This document shows positions 50,618 to 60,062 of a stretch of 64,000 nt of DNA, in pieces. Both the position numbers and the translations under genes were made by a program. Where the stretch lies: the NCBI GenBank assembly GCA_041660185.1, contig JBAZWU010000001.1, forward strand, positions 338,313-402,312, written 5' to 3'. A model generated the notes under the pieces. The model was not told the DNA's origin. It saw only the letters and a program-made list of their open reading frames with translations, and did not search any database. Origin of the DNA: Elusimicrobiota bacterium (GTDB lineage: Bacteria; Elusimicrobiota; Elusimicrobia; 2-01-FULL-59-12). The first letter of the stretch is position 1. Each line of letters begins with the position of its first letter.

Positions 50618-51888
50618 TTCATCCACGGATACGGCTGCAGACTGTCCCCCTGGCTGGTCGAGTCGAAAACGGGTTTGATGATCACGCGTCGAAGAATATT
50701 TCGTCCGGCGAGCAGCGCAACCAAAACGAGAAAAATAGCGGCGAACCGGGGAGTCCAGCGATGGGAGAGACGGATCTTCAGACCATAAATGGCCGCGGGA
50801 ATGATCAAAATATTGAACCACTCCATGGGCAGCGTGTTGTACCAGAAGGGGTAGCGCCAGAAGAAGAAATAGTTGATCCAATAGCCGATCCCGGCGACCG
50901 CGAGCATCGTCGCGGGAACCTGAAGAGGTCCGGAGGACGATTCCTTACGATTGAAAAATGACCGGGCCGCGTACACCACGCAGAAACCGATCGAAAGGGC
51001 GATCAGCAGCCAGGTCACAAACCCCCACCGGGCGTATTCGATCGCCCTTCCCTGCGCCGCAAATGGATCGGAAGCGGTTTTACGCATCAGCACAGGGATG
51101 ATGTAGGAAAATTCGCTGAAAAGGATGGAGGGAGCGCGAAAGGCATAGGCCAGAAGGTCCTCCCGGTTGTGGAACAGACCGAAGGCCCAACCGATGGCTG
51201 TCAGGAATACCGTCGCGGGTACGAAATAGAGAACGGCGCAAAGGACCAATTCTCTGATTTTAAGCGCGATGGAATCGCCGCGGTTTTCGAACAGGAGTTT
51301 ATAAAGGAAGAGGCCCGGAAGCATGGCCAGAAATTGCCCTTTGCATGAATAGGCGAAGCCAAAGGCGATCATGGCCCAGCGCGGGTGGTGTTTCTCCAAA
51401 AGGAGCCCGGCGATAAAACAGAGCAAACCAGGTGTCATGCCATTGACCTGAATGGGATAAATCAGGATGAGCGGGATCGTAATCCAGACCGAAAGGACCA
51501 GCAGGGCGATCACGGGAATCTCCCAGGGACGCATCCACGTTTCGTCAAATAGTTTGAAGAAGAACCAGAAAAACAGTCCCACAACGGCCAGCGAATAGAC
51601 GAAATTGTAATAACGCATGGGTTTGAGCGATCGGCCGTGGAAGGCGAACGCGGTGGTGGCCAGGATGACGTGGGGACCGTTTTCGACGAAAGGGTCGCCC
51701 TGGTAAATGTGAATGTCCCGGTCGGCGAACATCCGGTAAGGGACGCCGAGGTAGATGTGTTCCGAGACCCGGTCGACGCTCAGATGCGGAAGGGCATAGG
51801 CGAAGATCCCCAACATCGCCGCCAGCAGACCGGCCAAAGAAATCCATTTGAGACGTGTTTGAAGCGGAAGTGATTCAGATGAATTCAT
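50614..51888 (-). CDS. polytopic membrane protein (possible GT-C/DUF2029-like glycosyltransferase)
   Basis: About 11 TM helices. Sits between a Dpm1-like GT2 and the GT-C gene. No diagnostic motif recognised. Confidence 0.45.
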   Translation of the reverse strand: MNSSESLPLQTRLKWISLAGLLAAMLGIFAYALPHLSVDRVSEHIYLGVPYRMFADRDIHIYQGDPFVENGPHVILATTAFAFHGRSLKPMRYYNFVYSLAVVGLFFWFFFKLFDETWMRPWEIPVIALLVLSVWITIPLILIYPIQVNGMTPGLLCFIAGLLLEKHHPRWAMIAFGFAYSCKGQFLAMLPGLFLYKLLFENRGDSIALKIRELVLCAVLYFVPATVFLTAIGWAFGLFHNREDLLAYAFRAPSILFSEFSYIIPVLMRKTASDPFAAQGRAIEYARWGFVTWLLIALSIGFCVVYAARSFFNRKESSSGPLQVPATMLAVAGIGYWINYFFFWRYPFWYNTLPMEWFNILIIPAAIYGLKIRLSHRWTPRFAAIFLVLVALLAGRNILRRVIIKPVFDSTSQGDSLQPYPWMK

Positions 51889-52601
51889 ACAGGGACTCTC
51901 TTTCCATAGGTGCGCAGATCCCACCACAACGCCCAGAACTCTTTCATGGCCCGGAAAATAACGCTGAGATTGGCGCCGCTTTGGACGCCGGCGCGTCTCG
52001 GGCGATGAGAAACGCCAACGGTGGCGATCCGGTACCCCATCCGGCGGGCCTTGACCAGAATCTCGGCATCAATCAAAGCGCCTGTCGTAATCATCTGGAT
52101 CTCATTGAAGAGGGACCGGCGATAAAGTTTGAACGCGCAGTCGATGTCCGGAATATCCAATCCCATGAAGACCCGGAGGGCGGCCGCAAAGATCTGCGCG
52201 TTTAATTTCCGGTGCCAGGGATCCGCGCGCCGGACGCGGACGCCGGAGATGATATCCGCTTGCGAGGTCAGCTCAACCAGGGACGGCAGTTCATTCAAAT
52301 CGAATTGGCCATCCCCGTCCGAATAAAAGACCCACGGAAACCGGGCGGCTCGAAACCCGGATTTGAGTGCCTCTCCATACCCGCGATTCGTTGGATGGCG
52401 GACCAGCTTCAAAGCCGGTCTGGATTGGGCCATCGATTGAACAATCTCCGGCGTGCGATCGCAGCTGCCGTCGTCCACAATAATGACCTCGTACGATTCG
52501 GCGACCTGCGCGGCGACTTGGGACGCCTCGTCGATGACGCGTTCCACGTTCGTCTCTTCATTGTGACAAGGAAAAAACAGCGATAAGCCGTCGAGTTTCA
52601 T
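51885..52601 (-). CDS. GT2 polyprenyl-phosphate sugar synthase (Dpm1-like), second copy
   Basis: LSLFFPCHNEE..VIIVDDGSCDRT. Confidence 0.8.
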   Translation of the reverse strand: MKLDGLSLFFPCHNEETNVERVIDEASQVAAQVAESYEVIIVDDGSCDRTPEIVQSMAQSRPALKLVRHPTNRGYGEALKSGFRAARFPWVFYSDGDGQFDLNELPSLVELTSQADIISGVRVRRADPWHRKLNAQIFAAALRVFMGLDIPDIDCAFKLYRRSLFNEIQMITTGALIDAEILVKARRMGYRIATVGVSHRPRRAGVQSGANLSVIFRAMKEFWALWWDLRTYGKRVPV

Positions 52602-52690
52602 GCGTAAAAAAGCACACTTCCCCGTTCCTCTGTCGGTTGCCGCACCTCTTGCTGGAGCGAAGTTTCAATATATTACAATAAGAACCCTGA

Positions 52691-54235
52691 ATGCGTACCC
52701 TGATCCTGATTGCCTCCAGAGACCATAAGGACCGTCTCCTGGCTCAACTCACGCCGCTTCGTCAACTGTTTGTCGATCGCCCCGATGTTTCCTGCCTTAT
52801 CATGGATGACGCCAGCCAGGACGGAACCTTTGAGGCTGTTTCCCGCTTCTTGACCCAGTATCCTTGGCCGACCTGCCTGATTGTACGCCATCGTCATCCG
52901 TTGGGGCCCGGAGGCAACCAGAAAGTCGGGATTCGCCACGCCATGGAGCGGAAGGTCGATGTCGTGCTGACAATCCTTGGCGGCTCTCCCGCCACGCTGT
53001 CTGCCATCCCCGGGATGTTGGACCGGTTCCAGGCGGATGATCGAGCGGATTATTTATTGGCTACAGAACGGTTCGGATGGCGGTCTCCGCTGGCTTGGCC
53101 CCGGTGGTTGCGTCAACGAGGGCTCTCTCTGATTGAAAACCGGTTTTCGGGGGTGCGCATTCCGGATTGGCATGGACCCCTACGGATCTACCGCCTGAAC
53201 GCATTGCGTGAAATCGCCTTTGAGCTCAATACGCATGAGGCCCATTTTCATACGGAGATTCTTCTGCAGTTGATTTCCGCCGGCCGCCGCCGGTTGAGAA
53301 CCTTCGATGTGCCGCTCCATTCCGACCGTCTTCCTTCGATGGCGCGGGCGGGGTCGCTGCAGACGATCAAGGCCGCGCTGAAATTCCGACTGCAGCGCTA
53401 CAGCCTTTTCTATGATTTTCGCTACCATCCTGAGCTGATCATCCCCGGGCCGAAAGCGGCCGCTCCCTCAAGGCCGCACTACACCGACAAAGTGGGATTC
53501 GACAGTCCTCACGCGCTCGTCTGCAACAGCGATACGCTGGTACCCCCCAAAAGCCGTGTGCTGGATCTGGGTTGTTCCGTGGGGTATGTGGCCCGGCACT
53601 TGACGGAGAAGAAGGGGTGCTCAGTGGTCGGAGTCGACAGACTGGATCCCTCCCAGGTCCTCACGGGGTTTGAGTACCACCGTCTTGACCTCGAGCAGGA
53701 CCTCGAACGGTTATGCCAAATCATCGATCACGGGGAATTTGATGTGATCCTGATCCTTGATGTCCTGGAGCATCTCAGCACGCCGGAATTGTTTCTGTTG
53801 ATGCTGACCCGGCGCCGGTACCAGAAAATTCCTCGTATCATTGTGAGCACCGGGAATGTGGGTTTTCTGGTGGTCCGGTTGATGCTGCTTGCCGGTTTTT
53901 TCAATTACGGGAATAAGGGGATCCTCGACATCACCCACAAGCGGCTCTTTACCGTTCGAACCTTTAAGAATCTTCTGGACCAGACCGGTTTTGCCATTCT
54001 CAGGCGGTACGGATTTTCCCTCCCCTGGAAGGAATTGGGGCTGCCCCGGACACTTTGCCGGCCGCTGGAAAAAATCCATGGAGGGTTTGCCCGGTGGCGT
54101 CCCACTCTTTTTGCCTACCAGGTTCTCTACGTCACCATGCCGATCACGCTGCCGGCCAGGCTGATCGCAGGAGAAACAGCTATCACAGGAGACAATAATC
54201 CTTCCCGATTGACTGGTAGCGAAATGCGGCGTTAA
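52691..54235 (+). CDS. bidomain protein: N-terminal GT2-like glycosyltransferase fused to C-terminal class I SAM-dependent methyltransferase
   Basis: N-terminus ILIASRDHKD..IMDDASQDGT (GT-A DxD). C-terminus VLDLGCSVGY..VVGVD..ILILDVLEHL methyltransferase motifs I-III. It is the only + strand gene in the island. Confidence 0.65.
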   Translation: MRTLILIASRDHKDRLLAQLTPLRQLFVDRPDVSCLIMDDASQDGTFEAVSRFLTQYPWPTCLIVRHRHPLGPGGNQKVGIRHAMERKVDVVLTILGGSPATLSAIPGMLDRFQADDRADYLLATERFGWRSPLAWPRWLRQRGLSLIENRFSGVRIPDWHGPLRIYRLNALREIAFELNTHEAHFHTEILLQLISAGRRRLRTFDVPLHSDRLPSMARAGSLQTIKAALKFRLQRYSLFYDFRYHPELIIPGPKAAAPSRPHYTDKVGFDSPHALVCNSDTLVPPKSRVLDLGCSVGYVARHLTEKKGCSVVGVDRLDPSQVLTGFEYHRLDLEQDLERLCQIIDHGEFDVILILDVLEHLSTPELFLLMLTRRRYQKIPRIIVSTGNVGFLVVRLMLLAGFFNYGNKGILDITHKRLFTVRTFKNLLDQTGFAILRRYGFSLPWKELGLPRTLCRPLEKIHGGFARWRPTLFAYQVLYVTMPITLPARLIAGETAITGDNNPSRLTGSEMRR

Positions 54236-55425
54236 CGCGTCTTATCGTTGAGCGAGGGGTTGCTGGCAGGGTAGGAACTCTTCAGATAAAGGATCCAGAC
54301 CGCATACAGCGCCATCAACGGCAGGTAGGTATTGAACAGCTCGAAGATCTGGTTGACGGGTCGGGGAAAAGAGCTGGTTCCTTGAGGAAACATCGCCATC
54401 ACGCCCGCCAGCGGGATCAGGGCTTGCCATCGGTACTTCTGCAGTATCCATAGGGATGGAAGCAGAAAGATCGCATAGAGGTATGGCGGCACCCGTGGAT
54501 CCACCAATCCAAAAACGACGATGAAAAACAGAATCCGCCAACGGAGGTCCGGATCGGCGTTTCGTTTTCGTATGCGTTGGTACGCTCGCCAACTTAAACC
54601 GCTCACGCCAAGCACTAAGACCGCATAGAGGGCATCCCCGGCGCGTGCCGGAAGGCTCCAGGGGATCGGCCACGTACGCACGGCGTCCACCAGTTGGCCT
54701 GAAAAAGTCAGGGTGCTCGGATTGTTCACCCCGACGCTCCGCTTGCCCAGCGTGGCCAATAAGCGCATGTAATCGCGGAAAAGATCCGGATAAATCAAAT
54801 AATTTAACGAATACAGAATCACGAACGCTGCGGCGGAGAGAAACAGTTCCTTCCAGCGCGGCTTGTCGTCGATGAACAAGAGAAGTCCCAGAAGCAGGAT
54901 GAGATCCGACTTGATCTCCGCCATGAGGACCACCGCCGCGCAATACACCCATATCCGCTTGCGCAAGAGGGCCGCCAATCCCGCCCACAGGACCACTTGT
55001 TGGAATCCGGCGATATTCCCGGAAGCGACGTCGTAAAAAAGGGAGCCGTTAAAAGCCAACGCGATGAAGAGGACCTGGAAGGGGTCCCTGATGCTCAAAG
55101 GCAGAAAATGACGGTGCCAGATGCGAAAGATATAGAAGAATCCCCCCAGCTTCAAAACGGTCCACAGCCAATTGGCTACGTTTGCGGAGAGGTAGATCCA
55201 AGGACGGAACAAGTAGAGGACGAGGGGCGGATAGGACAAGGGCCATCCGTCACGAATGTAGGGATTGGCCCCGGTGGCAAAAAATTCCAGTGTGAATTGG
55301 CGATAGCAGCGGGAGTCCCAGCCGTAGCCGCCGTTGCGGAGAAGAAGGAACGCCAGAAGCAGCCCGACAAACGCCCAAGCGCCAAGCAGCCATCGTGTCT
55401 CTGAAGACATGTTCTTTATCGTCAT
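54232..55425 (-). CDS. polytopic membrane protein (possible GT-C/DUF2029-type glycosyltransferase or polymerase)
   Basis: About 11 TM helices. No signature motif recognised. Confidence 0.45.
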   Translation of the reverse strand: MTIKNMSSETRWLLGAWAFVGLLLAFLLLRNGGYGWDSRCYRQFTLEFFATGANPYIRDGWPLSYPPLVLYLFRPWIYLSANVANWLWTVLKLGGFFYIFRIWHRHFLPLSIRDPFQVLFIALAFNGSLFYDVASGNIAGFQQVVLWAGLAALLRKRIWVYCAAVVLMAEIKSDLILLLGLLLFIDDKPRWKELFLSAAAFVILYSLNYLIYPDLFRDYMRLLATLGKRSVGVNNPSTLTFSGQLVDAVRTWPIPWSLPARAGDALYAVLVLGVSGLSWRAYQRIRKRNADPDLRWRILFFIVVFGLVDPRVPPYLYAIFLLPSLWILQKYRWQALIPLAGVMAMFPQGTSSFPRPVNQIFELFNTYLPLMALYAVWILYLKSSYPASNPSLNDKTR

Positions 55426-56600
55426 ACTGCCGCGGATTTTAGAACATTTTCATACAACTGCGCTATCTCCGAGGCTTCTCGGCCTGCTTCAAAGCGCTCC
55501 CGGCAATCGACAAAACCCTCTTCGCCCAGCCGCCGGGCCGATCCCCACTCGCGCAGGCATTCTTCAACGGCGGCGGCCAGGGCGGCCGGATCCCCGGGCG
55601 GGATGAGCTTTCCGGTCCGGCCGCTGCGGACCACTTCCGGGAGGCCGCCCACATCCGAAGCGATCACCGCGCGCTTCTGGCTTAAGGCTTCGATGGCGAC
55701 GTAGGACAAGCCTTCTTCTAGGGAGGGGATCACGACGATGTCGAGTTCCTTGAGCGCGGGACGAAGGTCTTCTTCCCAGGGCCGGATGGCGACGGCGGTT
55801 TCAAGTCCCCGGCGGCGGATCTCCGTTTGCAGGCGCGGATCCGAGCGGGCCGCGCCCAGGATGAAAAGACGGATCGGCAGAAGACGGTGGGTCATGAACA
55901 CCGCGGCGTCCAGAAAGATCGAGCTGCCTTTTTCGGGACTCCAGCGGCCGACGAAGCCGACGCGGAACGTCTCCGGGTGTTCGCGCGGAGGAGGCGCGTC
56001 CTTAAACCAGGAAGCATCGATCCCGGGATAAATCACGCACGCGCGTTTCCCCGTCAACCCGTGCCGGGGTCCATAGGTCTTTAACAGGTACTGGGAAATA
56101 AAGACATTGCAATCAAACCCCTTCCGGATGAGACGGTTCAGGACGTTGAGCAGGCCGATCTTCCAGGGGGTGACCGATGTGATCAGGCGTCCCTCAAAGG
56201 TCGAAATCCTCGAACGGAAGAGACCGCCGGCCGCCAGCAAAGCGGCAATGACATCGCTTTGAATAAAAAAGGAATGGACGAGGTCAAAACGCTTTTGGCG
56301 GCACAAGGCGGCGAGTGAGCCGATGAACGGCAGATACCCGCACCGTTTATACCGTCCGTCGATGATGATCCGTGCCGGGGTGTCCCGGAAATACGTCTTT
56401 AAGACATCGGGAATTTTGGTGCCGATGACAAGCGTGGCTTCGATGCAGTCCGGGTCGATTTTTCCAAGAAGTGTCCTGAGGTGGTTGGCGGTTCCTCCCA
56501 GACCGTTGAGACCGACACAGAGGTAGAGGACCTTCAGCGGCGGATGCGGCGCCGGTAACGGCGTTTCATCCCGATGGATTTTACTTGAGGTCCAAGGCAT
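55422..56600 (-). CDS. glycosyltransferase family 4
   Basis: GRWSPEKG..EEGLSYVAIEALSQKRAVIASDVGG. Confidence 0.8.
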   Translation of the reverse strand: MPWTSSKIHRDETPLPAPHPPLKVLYLCVGLNGLGGTANHLRTLLGKIDPDCIEATLVIGTKIPDVLKTYFRDTPARIIIDGRYKRCGYLPFIGSLAALCRQKRFDLVHSFFIQSDVIAALLAAGGLFRSRISTFEGRLITSVTPWKIGLLNVLNRLIRKGFDCNVFISQYLLKTYGPRHGLTGKRACVIYPGIDASWFKDAPPPREHPETFRVGFVGRWSPEKGSSIFLDAAVFMTHRLLPIRLFILGAARSDPRLQTEIRRRGLETAVAIRPWEEDLRPALKELDIVVIPSLEEGLSYVAIEALSQKRAVIASDVGGLPEVVRSGRTGKLIPPGDPAALAAAVEECLREWGSARRLGEEGFVDCRERFEAGREASEIAQLYENVLKSAAV

Positions 56601-57513
56601 TGAAGTCCTCGGTCCGGTTCAGCAGGATCCGGCCAAAGCCCGCTACAATGCCGAATCCGATGGCGATCCGGTCGCGGTCAAGCCGAAGGACTCCGGAGAG
56701 CAGCGTGCCGATCAGTTGTCCGAGGCTGGCCCAGCAGAACGCTGGGACGGATAGCCGGTATTTCCGGACAAACCGGTAGCGGTTGATCACGTCCGAAATC
56801 CCGAAGGCCATGAATTTGCCTTTGCGGAAACCATGATGATGATGGATGACCCTGGCTTCGGAGAGCATCATGAAGCGGCAGTTCTTTCCCAGGGAGAGGC
56901 AAAAATCAAGGTCGTCGAAGTGACCGTGCCCGCGGTAACGCTCTTCGTAGCGGTGGTCGCGGAACACCTCGGCCCGCCAAACGGTCGCTCCGCCGCAGAG
57001 CCATTCCACCGGGGTATCCTGGACGACCGGAAACAAAATCGTGTTGAACCCGGAAGGCAGGATGCGTCCACCCCGGCCGCCAGCGAGTCCGAATACCCGG
57101 CGGAAAACAGTCGCCTCGGTGGGAACATTGTTGACGATATGGAACGAACAGCCGGCGATGGCCGGTTCCGCATGAGACCAGAAGCGGAGCATTTCCTCCG
57201 TCGTGTTGGGAGTGAGCTCCAGATCGTCGTCGAGAAATCCGACCAGGGTGGTTTCCTTGGGGACGTTGGCCAGGCCAGCGTTGCGCTGCCGGGTTAGTCC
57301 CGGCGGGTAGACCGGGAGATAGGACACCGGTAAATTGGGATAGGCTTGAATAAAGTCCTGCACATGATCTTCTCCGCCATCGATAATGATCACATGATCT
57401 GGTTTTCGCGTCTGGGCCGCGAGGCTCCGGAACAGTCGGTGAAGGTCCTCCCGGCGATTGCGCGTGGGAATCAGGAAAGTCAGATGGGGGGATGCGCTTG
57501 TCTCGGAACTCAT
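56581..57513 (-). CDS. glycosyltransferase family 2
   Basis: LTFLIPTRNRREDL..VIIIDGGED. Confidence 0.75.
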   Translation of the reverse strand: MSSETSASPHLTFLIPTRNRREDLHRLFRSLAAQTRKPDHVIIIDGGEDHVQDFIQAYPNLPVSYLPVYPPGLTRQRNAGLANVPKETTLVGFLDDDLELTPNTTEEMLRFWSHAEPAIAGCSFHIVNNVPTEATVFRRVFGLAGGRGGRILPSGFNTILFPVVQDTPVEWLCGGATVWRAEVFRDHRYEERYRGHGHFDDLDFCLSLGKNCRFMMLSEARVIHHHHGFRKGKFMAFGISDVINRYRFVRKYRLSVPAFCWASLGQLIGTLLSGVLRLDRDRIAIGFGIVAGFGRILLNRTEDFNALDLK

Positions 57514-58487
57514 GAGGATCGGCTCCCGGGTGATTTGAGATAGTCTTCGAGAAGTTGTGCCATGAAAATTTCAGTGTCTTCCATGGATTCCTGCGTCGCT
57601 CCGCCGATATGAGGCGTGATGAGAAGATTGGAATGGGATGCCGCGTATCGAACCAGAGCCTCTCGACGGGGATCAAACCCCGGGCGATGTTCGTTTGCGA
57701 GAACGTCGAGCGCGGCCCCCGCCAGGCGGCCGGATTGCAGGCTCCGGAGAAGCACGGACTCATTGATGAGGCTGCCCCGCGACGTGTTGATGAAATAGGC
57801 GCCTTTTTTCATCCGTCCCAGTTCCTTGGCTCCGAAGAGATCGTGTGTGGAGGGATTGGCGTCGACGTGAATCGAAACCACATCGGATTCCTTCAGGACT
57901 TTCTGAAAGGACACCCATTCCAGCCCCGGGATATTGAAACGAAGACGCGGATCGGTGCCCAACAGCCGGCCAAAGAGGGGCCTGCCGAGACGGGCCATCA
58001 TTTTCCCCAGCCTCCCGAGGCCGACAAGCCCGAGCGTTAAAGAGGATGTTTGCCGCCCGATGAATGGAGAACGCCTCCAGTGCCCGGCGCAAACATCCTC
58101 CATCGAGGCATGACTATGGCGCAGCAATGAAAGCGTCAATCCAATCGCGTGTTCGGCTGTCCCTGTGACGGTCCGCAGAAAGCCGCTCTGTCCCTTCAAA
58201 CTCAGGACAGGAATGCCCCGGCGGCGGCATTCGTTCTGATCGATGTGATCCAAGCCGGTTGTCGGAGACACGATACAGCGGAGCCTTGGGGCCGCCGCAA
58301 GGACGTCCCGGTCAATACGGTGTCCCAGCCGGACCCAGAGAATATCCGCGTTCCGGATTCTGGCCAGCAATTCCCGTCTCGTAAAAGGTCCCTGAATCAG
58401 CCGCCCGAGCTTGCCGATCCGGCGCGACGCTTCCTTGGAAAATGAAAGTGGCTCGGCCAACAGAATAACGCGTTTGTGTTTAGTCAT
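57510..58487 (-). CDS. D-isomer-specific 2-hydroxyacid dehydrogenase (phosphoglycerate-dehydrogenase-like)
   Basis: NAD-binding GLVGLGRLG and catalytic-domain blocks. Start trimmed to MTKHKRVIL (ATG at 58485-58487). Confidence 0.8.
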   Translation of the reverse strand: MTKHKRVILLAEPLSFSKEASRRIGKLGRLIQGPFTRRELLARIRNADILWVRLGHRIDRDVLAAAPRLRCIVSPTTGLDHIDQNECRRRGIPVLSLKGQSGFLRTVTGTAEHAIGLTLSLLRHSHASMEDVCAGHWRRSPFIGRQTSSLTLGLVGLGRLGKMMARLGRPLFGRLLGTDPRLRFNIPGLEWVSFQKVLKESDVVSIHVDANPSTHDLFGAKELGRMKKGAYFINTSRGSLINESVLLRSLQSGRLAGAALDVLANEHRPGFDPRREALVRYAASHSNLLITPHIGGATQESMEDTEIFMAQLLEDYLKSPGSRSS

Positions 58488-59205
58488 GGCGGGCACGCAA
58501 GAGAATCGCCGCGAGTTGGAAGTCGAAGGGATGATCAATATTGATCGAGCGTTCACGCGGCATGAGGTACGGAATGATCTTATTCCCCACGAGAGAAGAC
58601 GCCCCGAACAGGATATGCCGTCTGACCAGATAAATCGCTCCATTTCGAACCAGGACGGGTTTGAATTCCTGACGTCTCTGGAAAGGAGTGGCTTTCTTGC
58701 CCAGCAGCGGTTTTACATAGGGGCCGGTGGTGACATACATATAATTCGGATGGGCGTTGTCCGCGACGTAAAAGGAGACGACGGAATCCGCCCGGGGATA
58801 TTTCTGCAAAAGGCCGATGCATCGGTCAATGTCTTCCGGGGTCCTGAGAGGGGCCGTTGGCTGCAAAGACATCACGGCGTCGACTTTGAGGCCGGTCCGG
58901 CGCTCGAAAAAAAGAGCCGCGTGTTGAAGCACGGACAGCGTACTGGCGCGGTCCGTCGCCAATCGGTGCGGCCGGAGAAAAGGAGTCGGACAACGCAGTT
59001 TTAGGGCGATCGCCCGGATACTCCTGGAATCCGTTGAAACCATATAATCCGTCAGCCGCCGGCTTTTCCGTGCAGCTTCGATCGAGTACTGAAGAAGCGG
59101 TTTACCGATCAGGCGCTTGATATTCTTGTGGGGAATCCCTTTGGACCCGCCTCGCGCCGGAATAATCGCAAGAATGATCGGGGAACGGCGAGCCGATGTC
59201 ATCAT
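58480..59205 (-). CDS. CMP-nonulosonic acid synthetase (NeuA/PseF/LegF-type cytidylyltransferase)
   Basis: AIIPARGGSKGIPHKNI signature of acylneuraminate cytidylyltransferases. Confidence 0.8.
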   Translation of the reverse strand: MMTSARRSPIILAIIPARGGSKGIPHKNIKRLIGKPLLQYSIEAARKSRRLTDYMVSTDSRSIRAIALKLRCPTPFLRPHRLATDRASTLSVLQHAALFFERRTGLKVDAVMSLQPTAPLRTPEDIDRCIGLLQKYPRADSVVSFYVADNAHPNYMYVTTGPYVKPLLGKKATPFQRRQEFKPVLVRNGAIYLVRRHILFGASSLVGNKIIPYLMPRERSINIDHPFDFQLAAILLRARHD

Positions 59206-60050
59206 CTTTTTTTAGCCCATAGGAAAAATGTCTGCCCCCACGATTCGCTGCAGGCCCACGGGTGAGGATTCTGGCGGGCTCTTTCGCGAAGGAGCCCATC
59301 ATAGACTTCCGTCAATGCTTTTTCATAAGCGGGTGGTAAAAGTGTGAATGGAAACCGTGGAGAAGGCGATATGGCGGGAAACGGGTACACTCCGCAAGAC
59401 TGAATGTGGCGCACCGGGAGCTTCCGGAGGTGCCGTTTGTAAAACTCGGAGCCGTAGGTCGTGCGAAAGAGCGTGTGTTTCTTGGGAAGACCCGCGCCCT
59501 CGGACGGCAGCCAGGTTTTAAGCAGGTTGTTGATGGGCTGGAAAAACGTCTGAACGCTTTTCTTCTTCGGGACGACATAGGCGATGAAAACGCCGCCGGG
59601 TTTGAGCACGCGCACTTGTTCGGAAAGGAGTTGGTGCATCGATCGGAAGTGCTCCAGGAGCCCGATGCTGATGACCACGTCGAAGGTGTTGTCCTGAAAA
59701 GGCATCTTCAGAGCGTTCCCGGCAACGAATTCGGCCCGGTTCAGGTGGTTGTTCTTCGCGTAAATTTCCTTGGCCGTTTCCAGAACTTCCGAAGAAAGGT
59801 CGAAGAGTGTGACGCGGTATCCGGCCTCCGCAAAGAAAGACGAGATCGATCCCCGGCCGCAACCGACTTCTAAAGATTTTCCCTTTTTGGGGATCCCGAT
59901 GACCTCTCGAATGAAGGACCAATGCTGCTGGAAGGCCAGCTGGATCTGGGTCAGAGGTTTTCGTCTGGAAAAGTAATTGTTCTTGGTTTCGGCCCGGCCG
60001 ACCCAGTTCGCCTTGAAGGCTCGGATATCGCCGTTCTGTCTCAAATTCAT
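59202..60050 (-). CDS. class I SAM-dependent methyltransferase
   Basis: Motif I LEVGCGRGS and post-I/II acidic residues. Confidence 0.75.
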   Translation of the reverse strand: MNLRQNGDIRAFKANWVGRAETKNNYFSRRKPLTQIQLAFQQHWSFIREVIGIPKKGKSLEVGCGRGSISSFFAEAGYRVTLFDLSSEVLETAKEIYAKNNHLNRAEFVAGNALKMPFQDNTFDVVISIGLLEHFRSMHQLLSEQVRVLKPGGVFIAYVVPKKKSVQTFFQPINNLLKTWLPSEGAGLPKKHTLFRTTYGSEFYKRHLRKLPVRHIQSCGVYPFPAISPSPRFPFTLLPPAYEKALTEVYDGLLRERARQNPHPWACSESWGQTFFLWAKKR

Positions 60051-60062
60051 TCAACTCTCCTT

